Assembly: GCA_034926225.1 (NCBI GenBank)
Contig: JAYFRF010000005.1
Span: forward strand, 188,884 to 252,883
DNA length: 64,000 nt
Direction of reading: 5' to 3'
Origin: Clostridiaceae bacterium
Lineage (GTDB): Bacteria; Bacillota; Clostridia; Oscillospirales; QAMX01
Below are positions 26,978 to 35,520 of the stretch, piece after piece; position 1 is the stretch's first letter, and each line of letters begins with the position of its first letter. A model generated the notes under the pieces. That model saw nothing but the letters and a program-made list of their open reading frames with translations, did not search any database and had not been told where the DNA came from. Position numbers and translations under genes: made by a program.

Positions 26978-27568
26978 TCAGTCTCCTACCGTAATCAGCG
27001 GACGCAAATCCGCCATTGTTTTTTCACCGATGCCGTCCACCCGAATCAAATCCTCAATCGACGCAAACGCGCCGCTTGCTTCCCGATACGCAATAATGCT
27101 TTTTGCCTTCACCGGTCCGATGCCGGGCAGCGTGTCCAGCTGCGCTTCTGTCGCGGTGTTGATGTTGACCTTCCCCGCTATGTATGCAGTCGTCGCCTGC
27201 GTACTCTCCGTCGGGGTCTCCGTCGAAGTCGTCGTCGGAACCGGCGTGGTCGTCATGCTTGTCTGCGTTACAGTCGTGGTCGCGGCAGTCGTCACAGGCG
27301 CGGCCGTTGTTGTCACCGCCGCCATTTTCAGCTGTCCGGATAGCGCCGTCCCCGCTCCGGATACCGGGGCCGTCGTCTCCGCACGTAAATACACACCCTC
27401 CGGGTTCTGCACATACACCTCAAGCTGCGTTCCGCCCGTCGCGCGTCCGACGAAAAACCCCAGCGTAAACATGACGCCGCCCAGCGCAACGATGGTCGCG
27501 GCCCAGATCCCGATGCTTTGCAAAAGCTTTCGCCGCTGGCGTTTAACCTCGTCCTCCGGCTCGCGCAT
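26978..27568 (-). CDS. comEA: ComEA-family helix-hairpin-helix DNA-binding protein (membrane anchored)
   Basis: N-terminal TM, a Thr-rich linker, and C-terminal VNINTATEAQLDTLPGIGPVKAKSIIAYREASGAFASIEDLIRVDGIGEKT. Confidence 0.85.
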   Translation of the reverse strand: MREPEDEVKRQRRKLLQSIGIWAATIVALGGVMFTLGFFVGRATGGTQLEVYVQNPEGVYLRAETTAPVSGAGTALSGQLKMAAVTTTAAPVTTAATTTVTQTSMTTTPVPTTTSTETPTESTQATTAYIAGKVNINTATEAQLDTLPGIGPVKAKSIIAYREASGAFASIEDLIRVDGIGEKTMADLRPLITVGD

Positions 27569-27572
27569 ACGC

Positions 27573-27887
27573 TCACTCCTCCGCCGTCAGCTCCCTATAA
27601 AAGCAGGTCTCATTGCCCGTATGACATGCCGGACCGTCCGGACGCACCAGATACAGCAGCGTGTCCCCGTCGCAGTCCACCATGACCTTCACTATATGCA
27701 TAATGTTACCCGACGTCGCGCCCTTATTCCACAATTCCTTGCGGCTTCGCGACCAGAACCATGCCGTTTTTGTCTCCATCGTCAGCCGCAGCGCCTCCGC
27801 GTTGACATAAGCAAGCATTAACACTTTTCCGCTGCCGACATCCTGCACAATCGCCGGGACAAGGGGCGTCTTTTCAAAATCCACCAT
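27573..27887 (-). CDS. hisI: Phosphoribosyl-AMP cyclohydrolase (stand-alone HisI)
   Basis: [22 protein letters not shown]...WFWSRSR.ELWNKG.TSGN...[11 protein letters not shown]...GPACHTG..CF. Confidence 0.92.
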   Translation of the reverse strand: MVDFEKTPLVPAIVQDVGSGKVLMLAYVNAEALRLTMETKTAWFWSRSRKELWNKGATSGNIMHIVKVMVDCDGDTLLYLVRPDGPACHTGNETCFYRELTAEE

Positions 27888-27900
27888 CGATACGGTCTCC

Positions 27901-28665
27901 TTATGTACGCACCGGAATCCCGCGGCCCCGCAGATATTCCTTCACCTGCGGCACCGTCAGCTCCCCGTAATGGAACAGCGTCGCCGCCAGCGCCGCGTCG
28001 CCGCCGCCTTTCACAAATCCCTCGTAAAAATGCTCCAGCGCGCCGCACCCACCGGACATGATGACCGGTATCTTCACGGCGTCCACGATCTTACGGGTGA
28101 TGTCCAAATCAAACCCCGATTTTGTGCCGTCGGTCTCCATCGATGTTAAAAGCAGCTCGCCCGCACCGCGTTCCTGCGCTTCGATCGCCCATGCCACGGG
28201 ATCCTTCTCCGTGCCGATACGGCCGCCGTTCACGACGACCTCATACCCGGACGGATTGCCCTCCCTGCGTCTTGCATCGATGGCAACCACGACGCACTGA
28301 CTGCCGTAGCGCTCTGCCGCACGGTCGATGAGGGACGGGTCGCGCACGGCTGACGAGTTGATCGAGATTTTATCCGCACCCGCCCGCAGGAGGTCGTGGA
28401 AGTCCTCCACGGTGCGGATGCCGCCGCCGACGGTCATCGGCACAAACACCTCTCTGGCCGTGCGCTCGACGACATCCACGATGGTACGGCGTTTCTCATG
28501 CGTCGCCGTAATGTCGAGGAAGACGATCTCGTCCGCGCCCTGTTCGGAATAAAACTTGGCAAGCTCCACCGGATCGCCGGCGTCGCGCAGATTGACAAAG
28601 TGCACACCCTTGACAACGCGTCCCTCAAACACGTCGAGACAGGGGATAATTCGTTTCGCAAGCAT
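27901..28665 (-). CDS. hisF: Imidazole glycerol phosphate synthase cyclase subunit HisF
   Basis: [12 protein letters not shown]...[12 protein letters not shown]...GGGIRT. The start is trimmed to 28665 (AGGAGGAG SD); the track ORF is 5'-extended. Confidence 0.95.
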   Translation of the reverse strand: MLAKRIIPCLDVFEGRVVKGVHFVNLRDAGDPVELAKFYSEQGADEIVFLDITATHEKRRTIVDVVERTAREVFVPMTVGGGIRTVEDFHDLLRAGADKISINSSAVRDPSLIDRAAERYGSQCVVVAIDARRREGNPSGYEVVVNGGRIGTEKDPVAWAIEAQERGAGELLLTSMETDGTKSGFDLDITRKIVDAVKIPVIMSGGCGALEHFYEGFVKGGGDAALAATLFHYGELTVPQVKEYLRGRGIPVRT

Positions 28666-28679
28666 CGGTTCTCCTCCTT

Positions 28680-29408
28680 TTATACGCTTCCGGCAAGTTC
28701 CACCGCGTGCCGCAGATCCATCGCGCCTGTGTACGCCGCTTTTCCTACGATCGCCGCGTCGATACCCATATCGCGCAGCCGCACCACGTCGTCCAAGGTC
28801 GTCACGCCGCCGGACGCCACAATCTCGCACTTCACAGCATCCCGCAGCGCCTGCAAATACGCGAAAGAAGGCCCCTCTTGCAGGCCGTCACGGTCGATAT
28901 CCGTAAAAATGATCGTTTTCACGCCGAACGACTCCATTTGCCGCGCAAAATCCAGATAAGGAATGCCGGAATCCTCTACCCAGCCGCGCGTCCGCACGGA
29001 CCCATGAAGCGCGTCGATGCCGACGGCAATTTTGTCCCCGTATTCTTTCACCGCGGAGAGTACCAGCGCCGGATTCTCCACCGCCGCCGAACCCAATACC
29101 ACACGCGCGACACCCAGCGCGAGTGCCGCCGCGATATCCTCCATCGTACGGATCCCGCCGCCCAGCTCGACAGCCGCGCCGAGCGCCGCGCTGAGCGCGG
29201 CAACCTCCCGCACAATCCGGCGGTTTTGGCCGCCGCCGGTCTTTGCGCCGTCGAGGTCGACCATATGCAATAATGTCGCGCCTGCGGCAAGAAAGCGCCG
29301 CGCGGTATCCTCTGCACTGTCCGCCACGGTATGCGTCGTCGCAAAGTCTCCCTTATATAGGCGTACCACGTTTCCGTCTTTCAAATCAATTGAAGGCAAT
29401 ATACGCAC
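28680..29408 (-). CDS. hisA: ProFAR isomerase HisA
   Basis: [21 protein letters not shown]...LHMVDLDGA...GGGIRT. GTG start. Confidence 0.93.
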   Translation of the reverse strand: MRILPSIDLKDGNVVRLYKGDFATTHTVADSAEDTARRFLAAGATLLHMVDLDGAKTGGGQNRRIVREVAALSAALGAAVELGGGIRTMEDIAAALALGVARVVLGSAAVENPALVLSAVKEYGDKIAVGIDALHGSVRTRGWVEDSGIPYLDFARQMESFGVKTIIFTDIDRDGLQEGPSFAYLQALRDAVKCEIVASGGVTTLDDVVRLRDMGIDAAIVGKAAYTGAMDLRHAVELAGSV

Positions 29409-29442
29409 GGGTTTTAAAACTCCCCTCTATATTTTCGCCTTT

Positions 29443-29472
29443 ATTCTATCATATTCCGACCGCCTTGTAAAG
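29443..29472 (-). promoter_or_regulatory. Putative sigma-A promoter for the his cluster
   Basis: On the minus strand: TTTACA/TTACAA, a 16-18 nt spacer, then TGATAGAAT (extended -10). Confidence 0.45.
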
Positions 29473-29553
29473 GAATTTCGGCCACATTCCGATGAGAAAA
29501 CACGGGAGGCGGCGAAGGGAAACCCTGTAAGTCTCGTATCCATATGGCTCTAC

Positions 29554-30081
29554 TCAAATTCGATAAAAAAGAGAGAGACGGGGGATAACCCCCTGTCTCT
29601 CTCCCATATAGGGTACGATCACCGCATTCGGGTAATAATACCCTTCCGCACCTGCCGTTCGAGTAATCCAATAAAAGCTTTTTAAGCCCTCCGTACGAAA
29701 GGTGCGTTTCCATGCGCCGGACTGTACCGTGAAAAAGGTCTCGTCGGCGGCTTCGTCCCCCTTTTCCACTATGATGGTCATCGAGGTGCCGACACGGATG
29801 GTCATTGTTTGGGCATCGGGATCCGGTGTATGCTTTACCTTTTGTTTGTCGGAAACCGTCAGAAAAGACCGCAGTTTTTCACGGTTATCCCCCGCGACCA
29901 CAGTATTCACGCCGTCCATCTGGGCGACAACGCCGTTTTCCCCGGCTGTACCGAAGCTCTGTACAAGCCTCGACTCATAGTCCACCATATCGATCCTCTG
30001 CCACATCAGATAGCCGATAAACGCGATCACAGCGAGAATCGCGAGTATGCAGGGGACCAGCAGCCATCGCAAATGCTTCAT
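29554..30081 (-). CDS. Hypothetical N-terminally anchored membrane protein
   Basis: MKHLRWLLVPCILAILAVIAFIGYLMW TM, then a soluble ~140-aa domain with no motif I recognise. The ATG at 30081 lies 6 nt after GAGGTG. Confidence 0.55.
   Translation of the reverse strand: MKHLRWLLVPCILAILAVIAFIGYLMWQRIDMVDYESRLVQSFGTAGENGVVAQMDGVNTVVAGDNREKLRSFLTVSDKQKVKHTPDPDAQTMTIRVGTSMTIIVEKGDEAADETFFTVQSGAWKRTFRTEGLKSFYWITRTAGAEGYYYPNAVIVPYMGERQGVIPRLSLFYRI
29564..29603 (-). terminator. Rho-independent terminator overlapping the last codons of the upstream ORF
   Basis: On the minus strand: GAGAGAGACAGGGGG-TTAT-CCCCCGTCTCTCTC followed by TTTTTT. Confidence 0.7.
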
Positions 30082-30086
30082 TTTGA

Positions 30087-30386
30087 TCACCTCAGCCAGA
30101 CATGCGTGCAGAATACGATGAACAGCGCGCCGGCAACGATAAAGATACCAGCCACCAGCAGTGCCGCGAGCAGTGCGCCGCCGATGGCGCTCCGGGTTTC
30201 CGACGGCGTCAGCTCAGTCGCAGGGGATGCCTGTCCCTCATGCGTTTTATTCGGTGCAGGCCGCCGCTTCGGATACGCCTTTCCAAACCAGCCGGTCTGT
30301 TCGAGCATGCCGGACGGCATGCCATCGACATCCATCGGCGCGATGACATGCCCATCGTCTTTAAAATCAATTCGCTTTCTTTTCAT
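30087..30386 (-). CDS. Hypothetical small C-terminally anchored membrane protein
   Basis: ORF with a C-terminal TM GGALLAALLVAGIFIVAGALFIVF. The start is uncertain: the ATG at 30386 overlaps the oppF 3' end, and the SD is weak. Confidence 0.35.
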   Translation of the reverse strand: MKRKRIDFKDDGHVIAPMDVDGMPSGMLEQTGWFGKAYPKRRPAPNKTHEGQASPATELTPSETRSAIGGALLAALLVAGIFIVAGALFIVFCTHVWLR

Positions 30387-31386
30387 TTTCTTTCGGAGGG
30401 TCCGCCTTATACAAGTGGCAATGCACAAAATGACCGTTTGGCAGCGTATGGCATGGCGGCGTTTCCGTCTTGCAGATCTCCATGCAGTCGCGGCAGCGCG
30501 TATGGAACTTGCAGCCCTTGGGTGGATTCGCCGGAGACGGAATGCTGCCTTCCAGGATGATCCGCTTCATCTTAATATCGGGATCCGGCACCGGAATCGC
30601 CGAAAACAGCGCTTTGGTATACGGATGCATGGGATTTGCGAAAATATCCTCTTTTGTGCCGTATTCCACAAGATTACCGAGATACATGATGCCGACAGTG
30701 TCCGAAATATGCTCGACCACGGACAGGTCATGCGAAATGAACAGATACGTCAGATGGAATTGCTTCTGTAAATCCATCAGCAGGTTGATGATCTGCGCTT
30801 GAATCGACACGTCGAGCGCTGAAACCGGCTCGTCACAGACCACGAACGACGGATTTAACGCGAGCGCTCTCGCGATGCAGATACGCTGGCGCTGCCCACC
30901 GGAAAACTCATGCGGATAACGGGGCTTATAATACTCCTGCAGGCCGCAGTTTGCCATGACTTTGGTAATATATGCGTCAAATTCTTCCTTCGGTACGATA
31001 TTGTGCTCGCGCACCGCCTCGCCGATGATCTCGCCGACGGGCATACGCGGCGACAGGCTGGAATAGGGGTCCTGAAAGATGATTTGCAGCTTTGTACGCA
31101 GCTCGTTCATCCGCCCGGAATCATACTTGTGGATATCCTTCCCGTCAAACAGCACTGTGCCGGCGGTCTTGGGCGTCAGGCGCAAAAGAGTGCGTCCCAC
31201 TGTTGTCTTACCGCAGCCGGATTCGCCGACAAGCCCCATCGTCGTACCCCGCTGAATCGAAAAGCTGATGCCGTCGACAGCCTTCACATAACCCGTCACC
31301 CGGGAAAAAAGGCCCGTCTTAATGGGAAAATAGGTTTTAAGGTCCCGGACCTCCAAAATAGGATCGTGATGGTTTTCTGTGCTCAT
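30367..31386 (-). CDS. oppF: Oligopeptide/dipeptide ABC transporter ATP-binding protein (OppF-type)
   Basis: GESGCGKTT, SGGQRQR, FVVCDEPVSALD, and the C-terminal oligo_HPY Cys motif. ATGA overlap with oppD. Confidence 0.92.
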   Translation of the reverse strand: MSTENHHDPILEVRDLKTYFPIKTGLFSRVTGYVKAVDGISFSIQRGTTMGLVGESGCGKTTVGRTLLRLTPKTAGTVLFDGKDIHKYDSGRMNELRTKLQIIFQDPYSSLSPRMPVGEIIGEAVREHNIVPKEEFDAYITKVMANCGLQEYYKPRYPHEFSGGQRQRICIARALALNPSFVVCDEPVSALDVSIQAQIINLLMDLQKQFHLTYLFISHDLSVVEHISDTVGIMYLGNLVEYGTKEDIFANPMHPYTKALFSAIPVPDPDIKMKRIILEGSIPSPANPPKGCKFHTRCRDCMEICKTETPPCHTLPNGHFVHCHLYKADPPKENEKKAN

Positions 31387-32597
31387 TTTGAGGCCCCCTT
31401 CCCCGTCCTGTCGTCATATCGGTAGCAGACGACGGTATGCGTCGGACTGATGCGGCATTCCGGCGGATAAGGTCCGTCGCACGCCGCGACGCACTGTTCG
31501 CAGCGATCCTTAAAGTAACAATAGTCCGGCATGTCGATCGGATTGGGCACCTTGCCGGGAATCGAATACAGTCTCTCGACATGCTTGCCGACAGCGGGCT
31601 TGGAATTCATCAGGCCGATCGTATAAGGATGCGCAGGAGATTTGAAGATATCCGCCGCCGTTCCCTTTTCGACCACCTTGCCCGCGTACATGACGACGAC
31701 ATAGTCCGCCATTTCCGCGATCACGCCCAGATCGTGCGTGATCAGCATGATCGACGCGTTGATCTTATCCTTCAGCTCGCGCAGCAGATCCAGAATCTGC
31801 GCCTGAATCGTCACGTCGAGCGCCGTCGTCGGCTCGTCCGCGATGATCAACCGTGGGTTGCACGACAGCGCCATCGCAATCATGACGCGCTGCCGCATAC
31901 CGCCGGACAGCTCGTGCGGATACATATTATAAACGCCCTCGGCGTTCGCGATACCGACCAGCTCAAGCATCTGTACCGTGTGCGCCTTGACCTCGGCCGC
32001 AGACATGTGGCTGTTATGCAGCTCGATTACCTCATCCACCTGCGCACCGATGCGGAAAACCGGGTTTAAGCTTGTCATCGGCTCCTGGAAAATCATCGAG
32101 ACAACCTTGCCGCGAATTTTCTGCATCTCGGCTGTCGGCGTTTTGGCAATATCGATCGCCTCATCGCCTAAGTTAAGGCGGATCGCACCCTCGACGATCT
32201 GCCCCTGCGGACGCTGCACCAGCTGCATCAAGGACAGACTCGTGACGCTCTTGCCGCAGCCGGACTCGCCGACGACGCCGACGGTCTTGCCGATCGGGAC
32301 GTCAAAGCTGACGCCGTCCACCGCTCGCACGGTGCCGACGTCGGTGAAAAAGTAGGTGTGCAGATTGTCAAACTCGACAACGTTGCCAGGGTCGCGCATC
32401 TCGGCAGCGTATTCTTCCTTCGGCACCTTTTTGCGGTTTCGTTCCCGCTCCAGCTGATTCGTAATCCGGCGATTAAACTTCGTTATCTCTCGGGATTCCC
32501 TTGCCGTCAGGTAATCGACGCCGCCGGATTTGTTTTTCCGTTCCTTTGCCTGAATGACCGACGCGTCGATCTGTTCCTTAATTGAACGCTTTCCCAT
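31383..32597 (-). CDS. oppD: Oligopeptide/dipeptide ABC transporter ATP-binding protein (OppD-type) with a ~75-aa charged N-terminal extension
   Basis: GESGCGKSV, LSGGMRQR and LIIADEPTTALD. The N-terminal extension is Lys/Arg/Glu-rich (KEQIDASVIQAKERKNK...RERNRKKVPKEEY). The ATG at 32597 lies 6 nt after GAGGTG. Confidence 0.9.
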   Translation of the reverse strand: MGKRSIKEQIDASVIQAKERKNKSGGVDYLTARESREITKFNRRITNQLERERNRKKVPKEEYAAEMRDPGNVVEFDNLHTYFFTDVGTVRAVDGVSFDVPIGKTVGVVGESGCGKSVTSLSLMQLVQRPQGQIVEGAIRLNLGDEAIDIAKTPTAEMQKIRGKVVSMIFQEPMTSLNPVFRIGAQVDEVIELHNSHMSAAEVKAHTVQMLELVGIANAEGVYNMYPHELSGGMRQRVMIAMALSCNPRLIIADEPTTALDVTIQAQILDLLRELKDKINASIMLITHDLGVIAEMADYVVVMYAGKVVEKGTAADIFKSPAHPYTIGLMNSKPAVGKHVERLYSIPGKVPNPIDMPDYCYFKDRCEQCVAACDGPYPPECRISPTHTVVCYRYDDRTGKGASK

Positions 32598-32602
32598 CTT
32601 GC

Positions 32603-34327
32603 TCACCTCTTCATCTTCGGGTCAAAGGCATCGCGCAGACCGTCGCCGATGAAATTGAAGCCCAAAACCGTTAACAGGATCAGAATACCGGCCGGAATCC
32701 AGACATACAGATAATTCGTCAGCACGAACACGTCGTTGACCGCGTTGATGATGTTGCCCCACGACGCGTACGGATACTTGACGCCAAGGCCTAAAAAGGA
32801 CAGCGTCGCTTCCGTCAAAATGATGCTGCCGAGTCCCATCGTCGCGTAAACGATGAGCTGCGGAATCACGTTCGGCACGAGATGCTTAAAGATTCTTCTC
32901 GATACCGACAGCCCCGTCGCCTCCGTCGCAAGCATGAACTCCTGCTCACGAAGCGACAAGATCTGACCTCTTACCACACGCGCGATGCCCGGCCATCCGG
33001 TGACGCCCAGAATCGCCATCATTACCATAATGCGCGCCGCCGCATCGATGCGCATGCTGTCCATGATCGCACCGATGATGATATACAGCGGCATCGTCGG
33101 GATGCAGTTGAAGATATCGACGATACGCATAATGATCTGATCGACCCATCGGCCGAAGTAACCGGAAATGCCGCCGAGAATAACGCCGATGACGGTCTCG
33201 ATGATCACGACAATGAAGCCGATAATCAGGGACACGCGTCCGCCGTACATCAGGCGCGTCAGGATATCCATCCCGTAGCCGTCCGTCCCTAAAGGATGCG
33301 CGGCCGACGGCGCACCATAGGTGTCGATCAACTTCGTTTCCGTCTCCGTGCGGATATCAAACTGATAATCGCGGCGCACGATGCTATAGGTCACCGTATT
33401 CCCTTGAGCGTCGGTAATATCGAAATCGTAGTTGCCCTCATTGATCGCGTTCGCGATCATGGTTTTGAATTCGACGCTTAAAAACGATCCCGCGACGGCA
33501 GGGGTTATGATCATATTAGACGCATCGGCGAAAGGTTCGCTTGTCGCGGCGTCCAGAATGGTCACGCTGTCCCCGTCCGTTTGGATAAGATACTGACCTT
33601 GATCGGCTTCAAATTCCGTTTTTCCCTCGTTCATGGCGCGTTGGGCTTCCAGCCGGAATGAATAGGAAACCTCCGCGTTGTTATTATACAGGTTATAGAT
33701 GATCTTCGTCGCGAGCGCAATATCCTCCTGCGCCGTTATAAAAATGGACTTGCCCGCGTTTTCGATCGTATACAGCGTGCCGTCCAGCTCAAACGCCGGC
33801 TCTTTAGCCGAATGCGCCGCGATAAACGTTTCCTCAAAGCTTTCCGGAAGCGTCACGCCTTCCTCCGGCGTCACGGAATAGATCCCCTTTAATGCAATGG
33901 CTGACGCGACCTTCTTATCGCCGCTGATGCGGTAGAAGTCCTCGCTCTCCTTCGTCAGCTGATATGTCGTGCCGTTTGCTGCAAAGCTGTCTTTTTTATT
34001 ATTGATCGCCAGCACAAATTTCGCCTGCGCAGCCGAGCTAAAGGAGGCTCCTTCCTTCTCATAATAATAGAAGTTCCGGTTGTACGTGGCGGACGCATAG
34101 TCCTTGACCATCATACCGGTCGTATAGAAGGTTTCTGTTTCTTTATAGGGAATGATCACGCCACCCAAAAAGGAAAACAAAAACATGGCGATGATGATGA
34201 TCGTACCGACGATCGCCAGCTTGTTGCGGATGAAGCGCTTGATCACAAGCATTGACGGAGAGAGTACGCGAACGGTATGCTCTTGCGTCGTGTTCTTCAC
34301 GGGTACGTTTTTTTTGTTGGCATCCAT
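32603..34327 (-). CDS. oppC: ABC permease (OppC-type) with a ~280-aa extracytoplasmic insertion after TM1
   Basis: The C-terminal ~230 aa is a typical BPD_transp_1 core (EQEFMLATEATGLSVSRRIFKHLVPN). The segment between TM1 and that core has no recognised motif. Confidence 0.88.
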   Translation of the reverse strand: MDANKKNVPVKNTTQEHTVRVLSPSMLVIKRFIRNKLAIVGTIIIIAMFLFSFLGGVIIPYKETETFYTTGMMVKDYASATYNRNFYYYEKEGASFSSAAQAKFVLAINNKKDSFAANGTTYQLTKESEDFYRISGDKKVASAIALKGIYSVTPEEGVTLPESFEETFIAAHSAKEPAFELDGTLYTIENAGKSIFITAQEDIALATKIIYNLYNNNAEVSYSFRLEAQRAMNEGKTEFEADQGQYLIQTDGDSVTILDAATSEPFADASNMIITPAVAGSFLSVEFKTMIANAINEGNYDFDITDAQGNTVTYSIVRRDYQFDIRTETETKLIDTYGAPSAAHPLGTDGYGMDILTRLMYGGRVSLIIGFIVVIIETVIGVILGGISGYFGRWVDQIIMRIVDIFNCIPTMPLYIIIGAIMDSMRIDAAARIMVMMAILGVTGWPGIARVVRGQILSLREQEFMLATEATGLSVSRRIFKHLVPNVIPQLIVYATMGLGSIILTEATLSFLGLGVKYPYASWGNIINAVNDVFVLTNYLYVWIPAGILILLTVLGFNFIGDGLRDAFDPKMKR

Positions 34328-34343
34328 AGCTTTTCCTCCCTCC

Positions 34344-35330
34344 TTAGTTGACGCGTACGCGCGGATCGACCACAGCGTACAGAATATCGGAAAGAAGGGT
34401 ACCCAGGAGCGTCAGTACAGCCATGAAGATCATATAAAACATCGAAAACGGGATATCGCCCGAGATCATCGCCTGATACGAGGTCCAGCCGATGCCGGGA
34501 ATCTGGAACAGCGTCTCCGTGATCATCGCGCCGGAGAAAAGCCCCGGCAGCGTACCGCCGACAAGCGTTACGATCGGAATCAGCGTGTTGCGAAAGGCGT
34601 GATAATTGATCACGCGTTTTTCAGGTAAGCCTTTCGCGCGCGCGGTGCGGATATAGTCCGAATTCAGCACTTCCAGCATGTTCGTACGTGTATAACGCAT
34701 CATAAAGCCGATGGAAACGATCGTCAGGGTCATGACAGGCAGTACGAAATGCCGTACGACGTCGAAAAACTGTCCGACGGAGTTGAGCTGGTTATAATAC
34801 CGCCCCACCTTGCCGTACAGATCGAACCATCCAAGCTTTATGGAGAATCCAAGTTTTAAGAGGGTCGCGAAGAAAAAGGTAGGCAATGAGATCCCTATCA
34901 ACGCGATAACGGTAACCGTATAGTCTGTTTTCGAATACTGCTTTCTTGCGGAAAGGATACCGAGCGGGATGGCAATCACAAGTTCGAGTACGAACGAGAC
35001 TGCCGCAAGGAAAAAGGAGTCCCAGATCACGCTCTTAAACTTATCAATGACCGGGACATTGTAATACCAGGAATCACCAAAATTGCCCTGAAGCGCATCG
35101 CCAAGCCACATGATGAATCCGTTCGGAATACCGACATCCATGTGATAGATCGCGTTAAGCTGTGCAAGCCACTCCGTATAGCTCTTCGAGCCGGGCAGAC
35201 TTGCGCGTTCACGGGCCAGCCGCTCGATGTAGGATGTCGGGATGCAGCGCATAATCGTATAAACGATCAACGCCACAAAAAACAAAATTACGACAGATAA
35301 AAACAGTCGTTTAACAAGAAATTTCCACAT
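34344..35330 (-). CDS. oppB: ABC permease (OppB-type)
   Basis: MWKFLVKRLFLSVVILFFV..., DYIRTARAKGLPEKRVINYHAFRN. Confidence 0.92.
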   Translation of the reverse strand: MWKFLVKRLFLSVVILFFVALIVYTIMRCIPTSYIERLARERASLPGSKSYTEWLAQLNAIYHMDVGIPNGFIMWLGDALQGNFGDSWYYNVPVIDKFKSVIWDSFFLAAVSFVLELVIAIPLGILSARKQYSKTDYTVTVIALIGISLPTFFFATLLKLGFSIKLGWFDLYGKVGRYYNQLNSVGQFFDVVRHFVLPVMTLTIVSIGFMMRYTRTNMLEVLNSDYIRTARAKGLPEKRVINYHAFRNTLIPIVTLVGGTLPGLFSGAMITETLFQIPGIGWTSYQAMISGDIPFSMFYMIFMAVLTLLGTLLSDILYAVVDPRVRVN

Positions 35331-35433
35331 AAAACCACCTCATGTGCAAAAGCTTGGGCAGAACTGAAAACCCTGGCGTCGCGCAAGGCGCGTTAGTATA
35401 TTTATACACTGTTTTGTTTTCGGCCTAAGATGC

Positions 35434-35467
35434 GCGGAAGGGGAACGCTCAAAGCTTCCCCTTCCGC
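35434..35467 (-). terminator. Intra-operon hairpin between the binding-protein and permease genes (likely partial terminator or processing site)
   Basis: GCGGAAGGGGA...TCCCCTTCCGC 11-bp stem. The U tract is only moderate. Confidence 0.5.
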
Positions 35468-35520
35468 TAACACCCCGCCGTTTCAGGCGACGTCAAGGAT
35501 CCTATTCTTTTATCTTTTGC

